This document shows positions 1-12,800 of a stretch of 64,000 nt of DNA, piece after piece; position 1 is the stretch's first letter; every line of letters starts with the position of its first letter. The translations under genes were made by a program, and so were the position numbers. The stretch is taken from NCBI GenBank assembly GCA_002189035.1, contig CM007992.1, positions 2,170,001-2,234,000 of the forward strand. Direction: 5' to 3'. The notes beneath the pieces were generated by a model. It saw only the letters and a program-made list of their open reading frames with translations. It had not been told where the DNA came from and did not search any database. This DNA comes from Utricularia gibba (Eukaryota > Plantae > Magnoliophyta).

Positions 1-378
1 CTGTGCTGCATTGCTCGAAGGAAATTGTTAGAAGGTTGGGACTAAATCGCAGATTTAATCCCAACTACGACTAAATTGGCACTACTACGGTACTTATGTG
101 CAAAATTTTAGAACTAGGTAATAAAGCTTAATTTTTGTAGCACAAAATGAGTAAAGTCCATGCATTGAGCCACTCAAAAATATATGTTATCAGTACCTTT
201 CATGATAAGCTCCTAAGACACCAATCACCTCTACATTGGACTTGAGCAGATTATCGATCTCATCTGAATCAGTAGAAAAAACATCATCTAAGGCTTCACT
301 TGAAAAACTTGAGGAAAACATTGATGCTATATCACTATTGCTGGAGCGTGCTTTCTTTCGTTTTAAAAACTTAATGTG

Positions 379-1358
379 CTAAATATTGGAATCAGCAATT
401 TGCCGTATAGATTTGGCAATGGAATCACTATTGCTGGAGCGTGCTTTCTTTCGTTTTAAAAGCTGCGAACCAATGTCACTCTCCTTGTTTAAATGTGTGG
501 AAGCCTGCTTCATTGAAGGAGTACATAAATCATCAAGACAATGTGTTAGTTCAGTGTTCAAACCTGTTTCTTCATTGATTTCAATATCTGTAAAATCAAT
601 TTCACGTGATAGAATTCCTGAACTTGGAGTGAATCTATTTTGACCATATGCAACAATGTCAAATAATTGCTCTTGTAGGTCCTTGTAAGGTGGTGGTACT
701 TCACAGATCTTCTTAGCATCAGGATTTTCCTAAAATATTATATAAAAAAATAACTAAAAATGAATTACAATTAGAAAAACATCTCAAGAATCAAGTTAAG
801 ATGTTAAACTAAAATAATCAATTTCTCATTGATATCTTAAGAGGAATAAAGAGATCAACAAAAGCATAATTTGCTGCACATTTAAAGAAAAATATAATTC
901 ATTATCATCCTCTTCTTTCATGTTAAGATAACAAAATACGAAAAATATGGTTAAAAATAAAATGTTGAAACTACAAATGTTCCTTCAAATATAGAACATG
1001 GCCTTACCGCTATCCTTTCTGTCCACCACTTGTCATCAGCACGGATCGTATTTTTGGTTGAATCCCATCCGTTTCCAGTCCAATTCTTGAGTCTTATCCA
1101 AAGCGTCCAAGAAGCTCGGAGATCAAGCCACTTATTTTTGACTTGTTTGATTGTATATTCAGCTCTAGATCTTTGATTCAATTTTTCTAAAATGTTTTGC
1201 CAACCAATTTTATTAAAAGATGTTGTGGGTCTATTGCCAGCAACAAGTTCTTCTAGACATATTTCCAAGAACATTAGAAGACGTCCAGATATCTTTTCCC
1301 ATTGTGCACCTACCTTGGATCCCATTATTGCTCTAGTTGTTGAATTTCTTTTATCCAT
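379..1358 (-). pseudogene. Myb/SANT-like (Myb_DNA-bind_3 type) protein, probably PIF/Harbinger ORF1-derived; 2 exons (1358-1008, 729-379), ends at a premature-looking TAG
   Basis: FLEICLEELVAGNRPTTSFNKIGWQN...KQVKNKWLDLR...WxxLKNWTGNGWD...IRADDKWW has the Trp pattern of this family. A GT donor at 1007 and AG acceptor at 731-730 join the exons in phase 0 (117 + 116 aa). Confidence 0.7.
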
Positions 1359-1989
1359 TCATGTATACAACAAAAATGAAGTCAAACAATAGAACTATGG
1401 ATTAATCAGAATGTTAAATGCAGCAAGTAGAAAACTTTGAAGTGAAATTATCATAACCATTCTAATGCAAAAAAAAAACTACTGGGTGTAGAAAAAAGAA
1501 ATCTTGACATTCATTGAATTTGAAAACAATGTATAAACTAGAAAGATAATATATGAAAATCATATGAGAAAATAAGCAAGTTTGAAGCAACTGACTCTAA
1601 ACAAGATCTTCCTCTCGAGTAAAGGAAAGTAAGAAAATAACAAGAAATAGTGTCAATCTCAGAAGACCCGGAATGGAAGGAGCACCAAGGATAAGATTTG
1701 GGAATCGGGATATGAATTTTTCTCGTTAGGGTTTTCATTTTTTAATGAATAAAAATTATGGATATAAAGGTAATTTTATCTCTTACATTTAATAAGAAGT
1801 TAAAATGAGAATGTAAAAGTTGGTTTGGATCTCATTCCAACGTAAAGAGAATAAATGGAGAAAGAGAAAGAGAAATTTTAAAAGAAGTAAAAAGTAGAAG
1901 AACAATGTGTTCTGATAGAATTGCATTCTCATGCTTGTAAAAGTAAAATTAACTTAAAAAAGGCATCCAAAACATATGGACAATTGCAC

Positions 1990-3200
1990 AAAACTCCCAC
2001 CCCCAAGACAGTCTTAGAAGCCTAAAGAAGGATATAATAGTAGCTAATTTAGAGACTTAGAGCCGATGATGTTGAAAACTGGGAGCATAAAGAACATCAT
2101 GTAGTGTGATGGTTTTGGTGAGGAAAATAGAACTTATATGAGTACCTAAGCAAGCAGAACCATCTAGTACTAAGATATTAATAGGTTTTGGAAGGATCTT
2201 TAAAGTGGAAAACATTGTTTCATCTGCACATTAATGAGAAGTGGCTCCAGTATTTATGATCCAGTGCCTACCTAATAGCAATGTTGATGCATTATTTAAC
2301 TCAATAGTAGTACCTACAAAATCCTTGAAGATATAATGTGCTTGTTCATTTGCACTAGCCTTTGATTGTGGGTTCACCAATTTCAGTAGTTCCTGTGAAT
2401 AATTTCCAAGGACTTTCTTGGCCACTAGTCAGATTTGCACCTGGAAAATTAGGAAGTGGTGCTGAATTTTATGCTTTAGTCAAATTAGCATTTTGCCCTT
2501 GGCTGACCACCTTTTTCTTCTTGTTTTCATTTGGATAACCATTCAGTTTGTAATAGGTTTCACACATATGTCCTTCTTGTTTGCAGTAGTTGCAAAAGCT
2601 TCCTTTTTTATCTTTCATAGACCTAGCCACAAAAGAAGTAGGAACTAAGGAGCAAGACTGAGCAACAACTTTATTTCCGGATTGATAATGGGCCAAGAAG
2701 GCATTCTCATGAACCTGATTCACATTAGCCAATTTCAATTGTCCTTCCATCATTATGATCATAGCATAAGCCTGATCTAGGTTTGGTTTTGGCTTCATAG
2801 TGATGACTTGATTGATTGTAGCCAAAAAGGAGTCGTCAAGACCATTTAGAAAATAGAAACTATGCAAGTTTCATTGTCTTAGTTGCCTTGGTTTCGTTGC
2901 ACATCACACAATCATTCGAAGGCATTAAACCATCTAGATCAATTCATGAATTTCGCATCTTAGAGTAATACTCATTGACAATCATCTGGTCTTATGAAAT
3001 ATGTAGAGTTGATGTTGAACTTGAAAAATAGCAACCAAATTCATTTGTCTCACCTGTTTCTCAATGGTATCCCACATTTCTTTTGCAATTCCTTGAGAGT
3101 TAAAATTACTTGTTATCCACCTTAGATCATGGGCTTATTTCCTTACAAAAGGAGTTGCAAAGAAACACCATGAGCCGCTCTACTCTCACTACACCATGAT
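1990..3200 (-). mobile_element. Ty1/copia gag-protease remnant
   Basis: FLNGLDDSF...KPNLDQAYAMI (gag), CNYCKQEGHxxETYYKLNGYP (degenerate zinc knuckle) and WIINTGATSH (protease DSGA-like motif). Stops and frameshifts present; boundaries approximate. Confidence 0.85.
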
Positions 3201-4349
3201 AACACTCATGAATAAAAAACTAGGAATTTGGGCAAAAAACCAACATTGCATCTCATCTTGTAAACTGTATTTATGTCAATACATATGAGAGGCATAAATG
3301 TAAAAAAAAAATAATACAACTACAATTATCAATATAAAATGTAATCTTTCTCAACATACATATTAACAATGTTACAAAATGTGTTCCTTGTTTAAAGAAT
3401 GTTCACCGTAAACAAAATCACACGTTATCCCAATCAAGAATTTTATCATCAATTTCAGAATTTCAATAGATTCGTCAAAATTTTTGTGATTCAATTCAAA
3501 ATTTCCAAGTATGATTTACGGAAGACCCAAACGAAGAAAAAATGGATACAATGAAAAATTTTAGCACATGGATGTATTTCAGAAACCAACATAGTAGATG
3601 GGTTTATGAATATACGGATTCTTCACAAATTCCCACCATCTTGTTTATTTACGAGAAACCCGCGTATTAAACACCCATTTTGCCAATCCATCGGTTTATC
3701 CCTTTAAACCACACTACCATGCCTATCTTGATTATTGCCTTCTTTTTATTTTTTTTCACGTCTTCCTTGACAAACTACCGCAAAATCTCATTTATACCGC
3801 TAGGCCCAACCCTAATGTCAGTTGGTTTTTTCTGAATTGTATGCATCTCCGGTTCCTTCCCGCGGCAGCCGCAGCCTGTCTCGGCTTTCGCCATCCCTCC
3901 TAGTTGGTTTTTACTTGCTCTTCATCCGCGGATTTCCTTTTATCCTCGCTCTGTTGTTTTTGATTTTATTTGCTTGTTTTCTTTATTGTGTTGTCTATAT
4001 CCAGATTTTCTCTTTCTCCTAGATTGTGCTTGTTCTCTGTGTGTGTGTTTTTTTAGAGAAGTAGTTGTTTCTTGCATTTTGTTAATTGGATATGCATGTT
4101 GTTTAGATATTGAGTGCATTCTGAAGCAATAGAGGCACAGTTGGTAATGACGAGGGCGTCTTCAATGTTTCAGCTTTTGATTGTGATTGAAGAATGCAAT
4201 CGATATTTGACTACAGTGAATTTGTTTTTTAGTGATCATTGTCATGGTCTTTATCTCTTGCGTCATGTCTCAAAAATCTAAGTCACAATCTTTCTAAGTT
4301 TTCAGGTGTGATCCAGTTCGAAGAGAACCAGGCACACATTGTTTCCGGT

Positions 4350-5059
4350 ATGGAAATGCTTCAACCAGAGGAAGCCATTGAAAGCCGTGCACCAAGCCAA
4401 CAAAGTTACCATCTGGATTCCATCGATTCGAAGATAGTTATACGGCAGCTTCCCCACCAAGGCCTCTCCTTCCAGCTCTGGCCGGCATCCACAACTCTAG
4501 TCCGGCTATTGGACCGCTGCTGTAACGACCACTCCCCCCCTTTATCAACCATCTTCACCTGCCTGGATCGGCCATACCGTATTCTGGAGCTTGGCTCTGG
4601 CACTGGTCTAACTGGAATCGCAGCTGCTGCTTTATTAGGGGCAAAGGTTACCGTCACAGATCTCCCTCACGTGCTGGCGAACTTGCAATTCAACGCTGAT
4701 GCCAATGCCGGAACCGTGCGTCTGCACGGTGGTGCAGTAGATGTGGCTGCACTGTCGTGGGGGATGCTCACCAAATGGAAGCCATCGGAAGAGAGTTTGA
4801 TGTGATTCTGGGGTCTGATTTGGTGTACCATGACCACCTCTATGAACCTCTGCTTGAGACTCTGAAGTTTCTGTTGATGGGCAGAGAGAAAAGATGTGTT
4901 TTTTTAATGGCCCATTTGAAGAGATGGAAAAAGGAATCCGCTTTCTTTAAGAAGGCGAAGAGAATGTTCCATGTCGAAGTCATTCACACAGATGAACCCC
5001 CTCCTGGCTCAAGAATTGGTGTGTCTGTGTATCAGTTTGTAAGAAGAAATAATGAATGA
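4350..5059 (+). CDS. METTL21-like (Methyltransf_16) protein-lysine methyltransferase; apparent -1 frameshift at G run 4759-4763
   Basis: GLSFQLWPA, ILELGSGTGLTGIAAA (SAM motif I), VTDL, DVILGSDLVYH. The span is 710 bp; adding one G gives a 236-aa ORF reading LSWGDAHQME. Confidence 0.9.
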
Positions 5060-5551
5060 AATGAATCCCTATTAGAAGATGAAGAATGGATTACAATTGC
5101 GATCGAAAAAATGGAATCCGTTTAATGTACAGTCGAACTCTTACAGTCATGCAAACAAAGAAGCCGCACAGGCAGTAAACACAGATTTATTTCATTGTCC
5201 AAAAGGTTGAAGCAGACGGAGCAAAATCATAACTTACAGATTCAATCTAAGAAGCCCATACACATTACTTGTGGACAAAAAACAACAGCCAGCAGGATAA
5301 GGAGAAGGGAAACCAAACATCTCCTTTCCCAAGCAACGAGCAAAAACTCAGTAGCTAACAGGCTACAAACAAGAGAAGGCTGTCGAGATTTTGATTTGCT
5401 GCATCACAAGATTTGCAGTCAAGCAAGTCAAAATCATAAGCGACCCAAAAGCAGATAGAATATGAGCTTCTAAGTCGTTCAGATCAGCTTTGTACAAGCC
5501 CGGGAAATGAAGGTTGTTGCTATATACATACAGCAGCCATTTTGCTTTCTT

Positions 5552-7173
5552 CTAAGGACTCGATGAAGAAGCTTCCTGCCTCAGCTCTCTTAAATACCCA
5601 AGAAGTGTTTCAGCCTATCGAGAAAGCAAAGAATCACACAGATTAAGATTTTGCAGTAGCTAAGAAAACAATCCAGTCGACTTTTGAAGCTCGACTGAAT
5701 CCAGTCACAGATTCAAAAAGTTTTCAAGATTTGCATTTAGATACTATCATGTATTAACAAAGCATGTTCAAGAACTATAGTCTCTGAATGTACAATTGCA
5801 ACGAACTCATACACAGAATGGTCATGTTCAGAAAAACGAGATTCAGTTACCAACGGCGGAATCTGAACTAACCTTATGCTTGGCTTTCACAGTGCCGTTC
5901 TGGGTCAGCGCCACCAACGGCGGAATTCCGCCCTCTCTCACAAGCAATCCTCGATTCCCGACGCTTCCTAAACAGAGCTGCAGCAAAGTCACAACTGCGA
6001 ATTCCTTCCCCTTTTCACTCCCAGCTTCAATGGCTTCAACAAGAGCAGGGATTCCACCTTCTTCCACAATCGCATCTCTTCCGATCTCAACTCCAGCCAA
6101 ACTGCTAAGCACAACCAGCGCCTTTTCCTCTAGTCCTGTTCCTTGCTCACCGACAAGACCCACCAACGGCCTCACAGCACCGGCGCAAACAGCTCTCTCT
6201 TTGTTCAATTTCACTGAACATAACTTGTACAGTGTTGTGAGAGCATCTTTTTTCCCTCTATTGGAACCGTTTATCATCAAGGAAACTAATGGAGGAATAG
6301 CCCCGGCAGCCCCAATTGATAGCTTGTACTCTTCAACCAAAGCTAAGCTCAGCAACGCGCAGGCAGCGTTCTGCTTAGAAGTCTCGGTTCCTGTTTTCAA
6401 AACGTAGATTAAAGATTTAACTGCCCCAGCGTGTGTTATTAAGCTCTTGTTGCTTTCATGAAGGGAGAGGTTGAGAATTGCAGTGACGGCGTGTTCTTGC
6501 GTCATAGCATCAGAACAACGAAGGAGCGGAATAAGTGCAGGAACTGCGCCAGATTCCCGATCAGGACGCGATTATCCGCCCGATTTTTTGCTAAAAACCT
6601 CAGCTTCGCTGCCGCCGATCTCTGCACAGCAATAGACGCCGATTGCAACCCATCGACACACAGCTTGACGGTAGGCTGAAGATCCTCCGGCGAGATGCTT
6701 TCTATAATCTCCGTCGAGAATGTTTCCCTCTCCAGAAAGCCAGCACAGGGCTCCGGCTCTGGCTCCGGCTCCGGTTTCGGGCTCGCACCCCCAACCGAAC
6801 CCGGATCAGGTAAACTAGCCAAACGCTGAAGCTCGCCAGAAATATCGCTCGAATACGCAGAGAAATCACTGAAAGCCCCAGAAATCTCCAGAATCTCACC
6901 GATATTAGAAGCAACGGTCTTAGAATTGCTCGACGATTTGTTGGCGAGCTCCCCGAGGTGGAGGTCGATATCGGCATCCGTTAGATTTTCAGGATAGTTG
7001 GGCACCTCCTCACGAGCCTTGTAAAGATTAGATCGAATAGTACGCATAGAGCGACCCATGGAGCGGGATATCCTCGCCGAGGAAGGCGGCGGAGTGTAAT
7101 AGTAGTACGGCGTCTGGGAATAAGCAGAGCAAGAGATGTTGGGATTGGAGCGTGAATCTTGCATTGAAACCAT
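5552..7173 (-). CDS. Armadillo-repeat protein (U-box protein 4-like ARM family, no U-box seen); exons 7173-5873 and 5614-5552; apparent -1 frameshift at 6556-6558
   Basis: Multiple ARM repeats (QEHAVTAILNLSLHESNK, KQNAACALLSL, GAIPPLVSLM...RGKKDALTTLYKLC). The GT at 5872 and AG at 5616-5615 give ...KAKHK|AETLLGYLRELRQEASSSSP*. Adding one base yields 454 aa. Confidence 0.92.
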
Positions 7174-8268
7174 CGTAACAGAAGACTCCAATAAGCCGTG
7201 GCTGAAGTGGAGTCACCGCTCTTCTTCTTCTGAGTCCGGTGGTGCTTCAAGAAACTTTCATGGCGAACTGTCGGTGCCGGAGAGAAATCGACAAAGATGA
7301 GATGGGGTTAGCCTAGTGACAAATTTCCCGTCCATTCATTATCCCATTTTTTTTTATTTTTAAACGACTTTACAACAAAAATTAGGGTACCAAATTCTCT
7401 TAAAATAATTAATGAATAAATAAATTGAAGAAAAAGCCAAAATCAATAAACCGACTTTTTTGGTACTCATGGCGTTGACAACTCGCAATTCAATTTGTTT
7501 TTTTATTTTATTTTACAGAATAAATATTCATTTCTATCCATTAGGCAGCCTTAACTGGACAATAATAAAGAGTAAAAAGTATGATATTATTTCTCTCCAC
7601 TTTTCTATTTTAAAAATTATCGAAAACTCAGAAATATCAAAGGTAATTTCCAATTAAATGGTCACAAAATGGCAGATGTAAATAGGAACGTCAACGTCAT
7701 TCTTTTTTGATCGGGTTGAAATCTTTGGAAGATATTATTCCCGCGTTACATCATGTCTGATACTTTTCAATTTGTAGAATAATCATACAACCATTGTGTA
7801 ATTAATATTAACGCGAGTTATTTTGATTAATCTGTAATTTCCTCAAAACAATTATTAATTTATATATTACATAAAATATAGATATTTGATACCTGAATCA
7901 TACGTCTCAATCACCAGCTGGAGCATAATCCTATTGAAACCCTTCTTAATTCACACATTGAGCCTAATTGCAAGCCCATTCACACAAAACACCCGGTGGA
8001 GGTCAATGCGAATGAATCAATTTTGGAAGCTGCGTACTACATGATCACTAATATAATAATATTTTTCTGTGAAAAAAAAGCTTTTTTTTCAAAATATATA
8101 TAGCAATCCTGCTTCACAAACATTCATACCAACACTATTTTCTTTTGCAGTCGTTAAAGAGTAATTAAATAATAACAATAAAATAATCCCTTAGTATTTT
8201 ATGTGTTTTGGGATGATAATAACCGGCTGAGATTGGTAACCAGATATAGATACACTGTGACTGTAGTT

Positions 8269-8309
8269 GTGGGTCCCATGCGAGCTGGAACCTTGCAGAA
8301 GTGGGCCCC
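8269..8309. promoter_or_regulatory. Two TCP-type sites (GTGGGTCCC, GTGGGCCCC)
   Basis: Both match the GTGGGNCC TCP consensus at 8269-8277 and 8301-8309, in a locally GC-rich patch about 1.1 kb upstream of the ARM gene start. Confidence 0.4.
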
Positions 8310-9674
8310 GAACTTGGTTCCTCCACGCATCTCCCACACGGGAGAGGGTGTATCTCCTTCTGCTTCTTCTTCCTCCTTTTTTATTTTAATTCAGCTGTTT
8401 TCAAAATCTCAATTATATCGTCGTCTGGAAAGTTGCAGATGAAACAAAACCATTTTTTTTATTTTTATTTTCTATTTTTAAAAGTCAAATTCGATTTCGG
8501 CTGAATTTCGTTGATTTTCTATAGAAACGGAACATGGGGAAGATGGAGACAACTAACAGCTGCCTTCTTTTATAAAAATTATATGTATTATTTTAAATGC
8601 AATTAGGGTTGGGATTGGAATAGCATTTGGGCTCCATATGGATTGATTTTTCAACTTACTTTGTCAGAGTATTTTCATTGTTAGTGTATCTTATCTAAAC
8701 ACTTTCAACGTAATTTATTAATAATTTAAATTTAATAAGATTTTTAATTAGTAATTTACCTTGGTATTCATCTTATGACAATTTAATTACTTCTAACCAT
8801 ATGCGAATATATAAGGATCAAGTTTAAACTAGTGTCCACCATCGGATGTAATTTATTATAATTTTCTATTATGCATTATTTGACATACATTTAGAAAAAT
8901 GATCACTGCTACTTTCTTTTTTATACATTTAGATAAAAAAAAAATTATATATAGGATAGTCATTTTTTTCAAACAATTTCTAAATCATGATCACTTTTCT
9001 AATTCATAATTTGGTGTAGTTGCAATTGCTGTTATGACTTGTTCACCGTTGCTTCATTGCTTCTGACATGGTAATAATTTATTTAATATATGTACCAACG
9101 TAAGTTGTTAGAATGAGCACTATGAAGAGGTAATGAATTTAAAATTATAGTTGAGGTAACAAATTTCAATTCATTTGTTAATTAGAATAATATAAAGTTA
9201 AAAAAATAATAAATGTCAGTTCTATCCAAGAACTAAGATAAAATATTAACTTATTTATTAAAAAAATTAAAAAGAGGATAAAGTTAAGACTTTTGACAAT
9301 TCTCTCGCCAAGGCAGAGAAAAGTTCCGTATTTCTTAATATAAATATTTTTATTGAATTTATATATTCGGGCCACACGTATTCTAATTTTATTTTCTTTA
9401 CAAAAACAAAACCCTCGATTTGTAGTGGAAGTTGATAATTAGGTCAACTAATGAATTAATAGTCGTGGAATGATTCAAAGCAGTTGGGATTTGTTGCGTA
9501 ATTTTTGAATATGCCTCCAGAAAATTCAATGCTAACACTTTCAGCCTCAATGGAAGAACCTTCTACTACTATTTGGAGAACCTGAATAGAACCACATTCT
9601 ATTTTTATCATGAAAAGCTCAATGGAGGAAGCTTCTACTGCACTACGAGCTGCCTTCTTGGAGACGATAACTAA

Positions 9675-9991
9675 AGTTGTGTTCTAGAAAATTTGTATCA
9701 CTTATTTTTACTTTTATAAAGTTAAAAATACTTTTAATTCAGAACACTACCTTTTTTTACTTTTATTTTTTCCAAAAATATTTTTGATATTACACTTCAA
9801 AAATTGTTTTTGCAAAAGTAAAAAAAATCTACTTTTACATTCTATTTTTACTTTTCAATATAAATTCACAAGTTTTTCATTATTTTCTAGAACACCTATT
9901 TTTTATTTCTACTTTTATAAACTATTTATACTTCTACTTTTTACTTTTTCAAAAACAAAAATAGATTCTATAAATTTTCTAGAACACACCT
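9675..9991. mobile_element. Tourist-like (PIF/Harbinger) MITE, 317 bp
   Basis: 20-bp TIR AG(T/G)TGTGTTCTAGAAAATTT with 1 mismatch, TAA target-site duplication (9672-9674 and 9992-9994), AT-rich noncoding interior. Confidence 0.9.
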
Positions 9992-10720
9992 TAAGTAACC
10001 AAGCATCAACCCTTTACTCCTATTTGCATTTTTACCACCCTGCTATGTAGTAATTCTTTAATGAGGTATTTGAAATACAAATTTAATTGTTTAAAGACTT
10101 ATGGCAATAATATATGTTTGCTAGCATGTTTTTCACATGAGTATTTTACAAAATAATTGCACTAGACATTAATATATACTATATATCATAGAAACATAGA
10201 TACACAAAACATTTTTACCGGATAAACTTTCAATGTTAAACACATGACATATTGTTATTAATTTTAAAATGCATTATTAATTACTTTATTTTTAAAAAAA
10301 ATTTCCTAAAACAGTTTTCATTCACGTAATCACAAATTAAGCTTTTTTTAGAAAATGAAGTGTCATCATCAATTTAAGAGTAACAAAATTCATTCAAAAA
10401 CATTTTAAAAATATGATTTACATTTGTTTTCGTAAAAGAACCCCAACCTACAAATGTAAGTGCGTATTAAATGTTGAAATTGATTCTTAGGGGTGGGATT
10501 CGGACCTTCCTGATGAATGAATTATTTGAGTACTTAGAAGTTGTTGGTCAGATTGACTCCCAATCTCTTTTTTATCCGATGACTCTACGGATTGATATGA
10601 TATTTCATTAATGATGTACTTAATTTTTTTGATAAACATGCATTATGCGCCTAATATCTTCATCCTTGAAAGAGCTTAGGCAACAATGCAGATTACGTTT
10701 CTTCCCAAGTCCAATGTAAC

Positions 10721-11780
10721 TGATAACACACAAATTTTCATGTTTTAGGATATGAAAAATTATAAATTTTTAATTATGTTTGAGTGTTTATTTTATAGTT
10801 TTAAGTGTTTTTATGTAATTTAGGAAAATGTGATTTTTAATGTAATTAGTGGGCTAAATCCACTCCATGTCTAACTCGATTTTGGAGTCTAACAGCAACC
10901 CAAGAATCAAGGAAAAATCTGGATTTCGTACAAGTTACCAGGATGCAGGGGGCAATAAGTATATTGTCACGGTGATAGTCTGCAAGTCAGGGTCAGGAGC
11001 AATAAATTTGTCAGAGAATGTAATTGTCTTGGGCAGAGCGAGACGAGAGAAAGAGGAGGAGAGAGAGTCGCAAAAAGGGGACGAACCAGAATTTTCAGAG
11101 AACACACACAAGGGGGTTTCCCCCACAACTCGAACACGAAGAACACGAAAGGAGGAGGAAGAAAAAGGGATATTTTTGGAGAAGAACCTCCAGCTTGAAG
11201 GAAGAAGATCAAAACCCAATTCAATGCTACTGTTCCGGTGTAAGAACAGTAGCAAACGGAAACCAGACTTTTTAATGCGTTATTTTAGTTTGTTTATGTT
11301 TTTAGCTTCTGCAACCAACTTTTGCACGATGTTCTCAATGTTTTCGCTGTTTTATGATAATGCCATTACATTTTACCTTCAAAACATGAGTAGCTAAACC
11401 CTAGGAGTACCTTAAGGTGATGTATGGTGGTGTGGATTTAGGAGTCTTAATAAAATTAACTATTATTTCTTAGCTTTTGTTTCTATCAAATCATGGGTAG
11501 ACTTAAGGAGATGAATAAGTAGCTTCACAACTTAGATGCTTGATTTAGTGATAAACCAACAAATCAAGATGAGAGCAGTAAGTGTTAATCCGGGACATAA
11601 CCAATAGAATCGGGTAGACCTAATTCTATATACTTTCCATGCGGGTAGACCTAATTGCAAGGTTAGTGATGATATGGAGGACTAGCTTAACCGAAAATAT
11701 GATGAATAACTTGGGTAGAATTAAATTATTTGGAGTTGTGAGTGTAGAATTATGGAAGATTAAATTAGGAATTGAGGCAA
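10721..11780 (+). mobile_element. 3'-truncated Athila-like Ty3/gypsy LTR
   Basis: Begins TGATAACACACAAA and contains ATGAGTAGCTAAACCCTAG. Segment 11480-11760 aligns by eye with the reverse complement of about 22200-22500. Right boundary approximate. Confidence 0.7.
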
Positions 11781-11799
11781 TATATGTTTAATTCTTTTA

Positions 11800-12800
11800 A
11801 AGTCAAGTACTATGAGGTATATTCAATACTTTTATATATTTATATTTTATTTTAAAAAGGATTTTTTGGATTCAGTATGCAGTTGGTATGATCAATCTTG
11901 CTGTGTTAAATATTTTTTCTTCAGTGAATTCAGAAAGATATGCTTTCTTCCATGGTATGCGGTATTGGATTAGTCAATGCATTCTAGCATTATTATATTA
12001 TTGAATGATTCTTTTTGGACTAACATTGATTATATTTTACAATTTACTTCTCTTCTTTATGAGATGATCTAAGGATTTGATGTATCAAATGTGATTAAAT
12101 ACAATATCTAGGGTGAAAAGAATTATATATGCTCATGAAAAATAAAGGTAATAGATTAGAAAGAAGGGTGCAATGTATAGCATCATTATATGCTTTGAAT
12201 TATTTATTAAAGTCACAGTAAATTGTTTTTATATTACATTAATATTATATTATTTTTACATATCATAGTTACATCTTCATCCTTCTTTTGTTTTTGTTTT
12301 TAGGTGTGCAACTGAACAATGAAAACATGCATAGGGTTATGTTCGGATTTTGAAGTATATGGTTATACGATCCTTTTGTGATGACCAACTAAGGGCTAAG
12401 TCGAATAATGAGTCTGCAACATTTTTAATTTAATGACAAAATTCCAAATTAGAACGTTCTAGAATGAAATTCTTAGATTGGTAGGCGTTAAATGGAGCAA
12501 TCACTTCAATTCTACAGCAATTGACGTTACGTTTATTGTGATAGGTATTATTCAATATCTTTTAAATTTAATATGTTGATTTATTGACTATTTCATTACT
12601 TCATTAGGTTTCTTCATCATTACGTTACGAAAGGAATTGAAGCATTTTACTCATTTATACATTTAGCGAAGAGGAATAAATTAGCTCCTAAACATGCAGA
12701 AGACTTGATTTTCATTCATTCAACTCTTTGACTGTTTTCCAGAACTCTGCAGAATATAATGAAGGTGATGGTAAGATAATAATGATGTGGAAGAACAGCA
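11800..12800 (+). mobile_element. hAT transposase C-terminal (dimerisation domain) remnant
   Basis: Frame-broken ERN*S...IH..KRNKLAPKHAEDLIFIHS-like motif at about 12620-12740. Boundaries approximate. Confidence 0.65.

Noticed and set aside
1955-1985. GGCATCCAAAACA as the terminal inverted repeat of the Myb/SANT-bearing element
   Set aside because: It is degenerate, has no TAA/TTA TSD, and the other end is not visible in the window.
5796-6977. Plus-strand ORFs 5796-6407, 6458-6679 and 6702-6977
   Set aside because: They are antisense shadows of the GC-rich ARM coding sequence with no recognisable motifs.
10867-11397. 176-aa ORF as a gene
   Set aside because: It lies inside an LTR, is low-complexity and purine-rich, and shows no domain.
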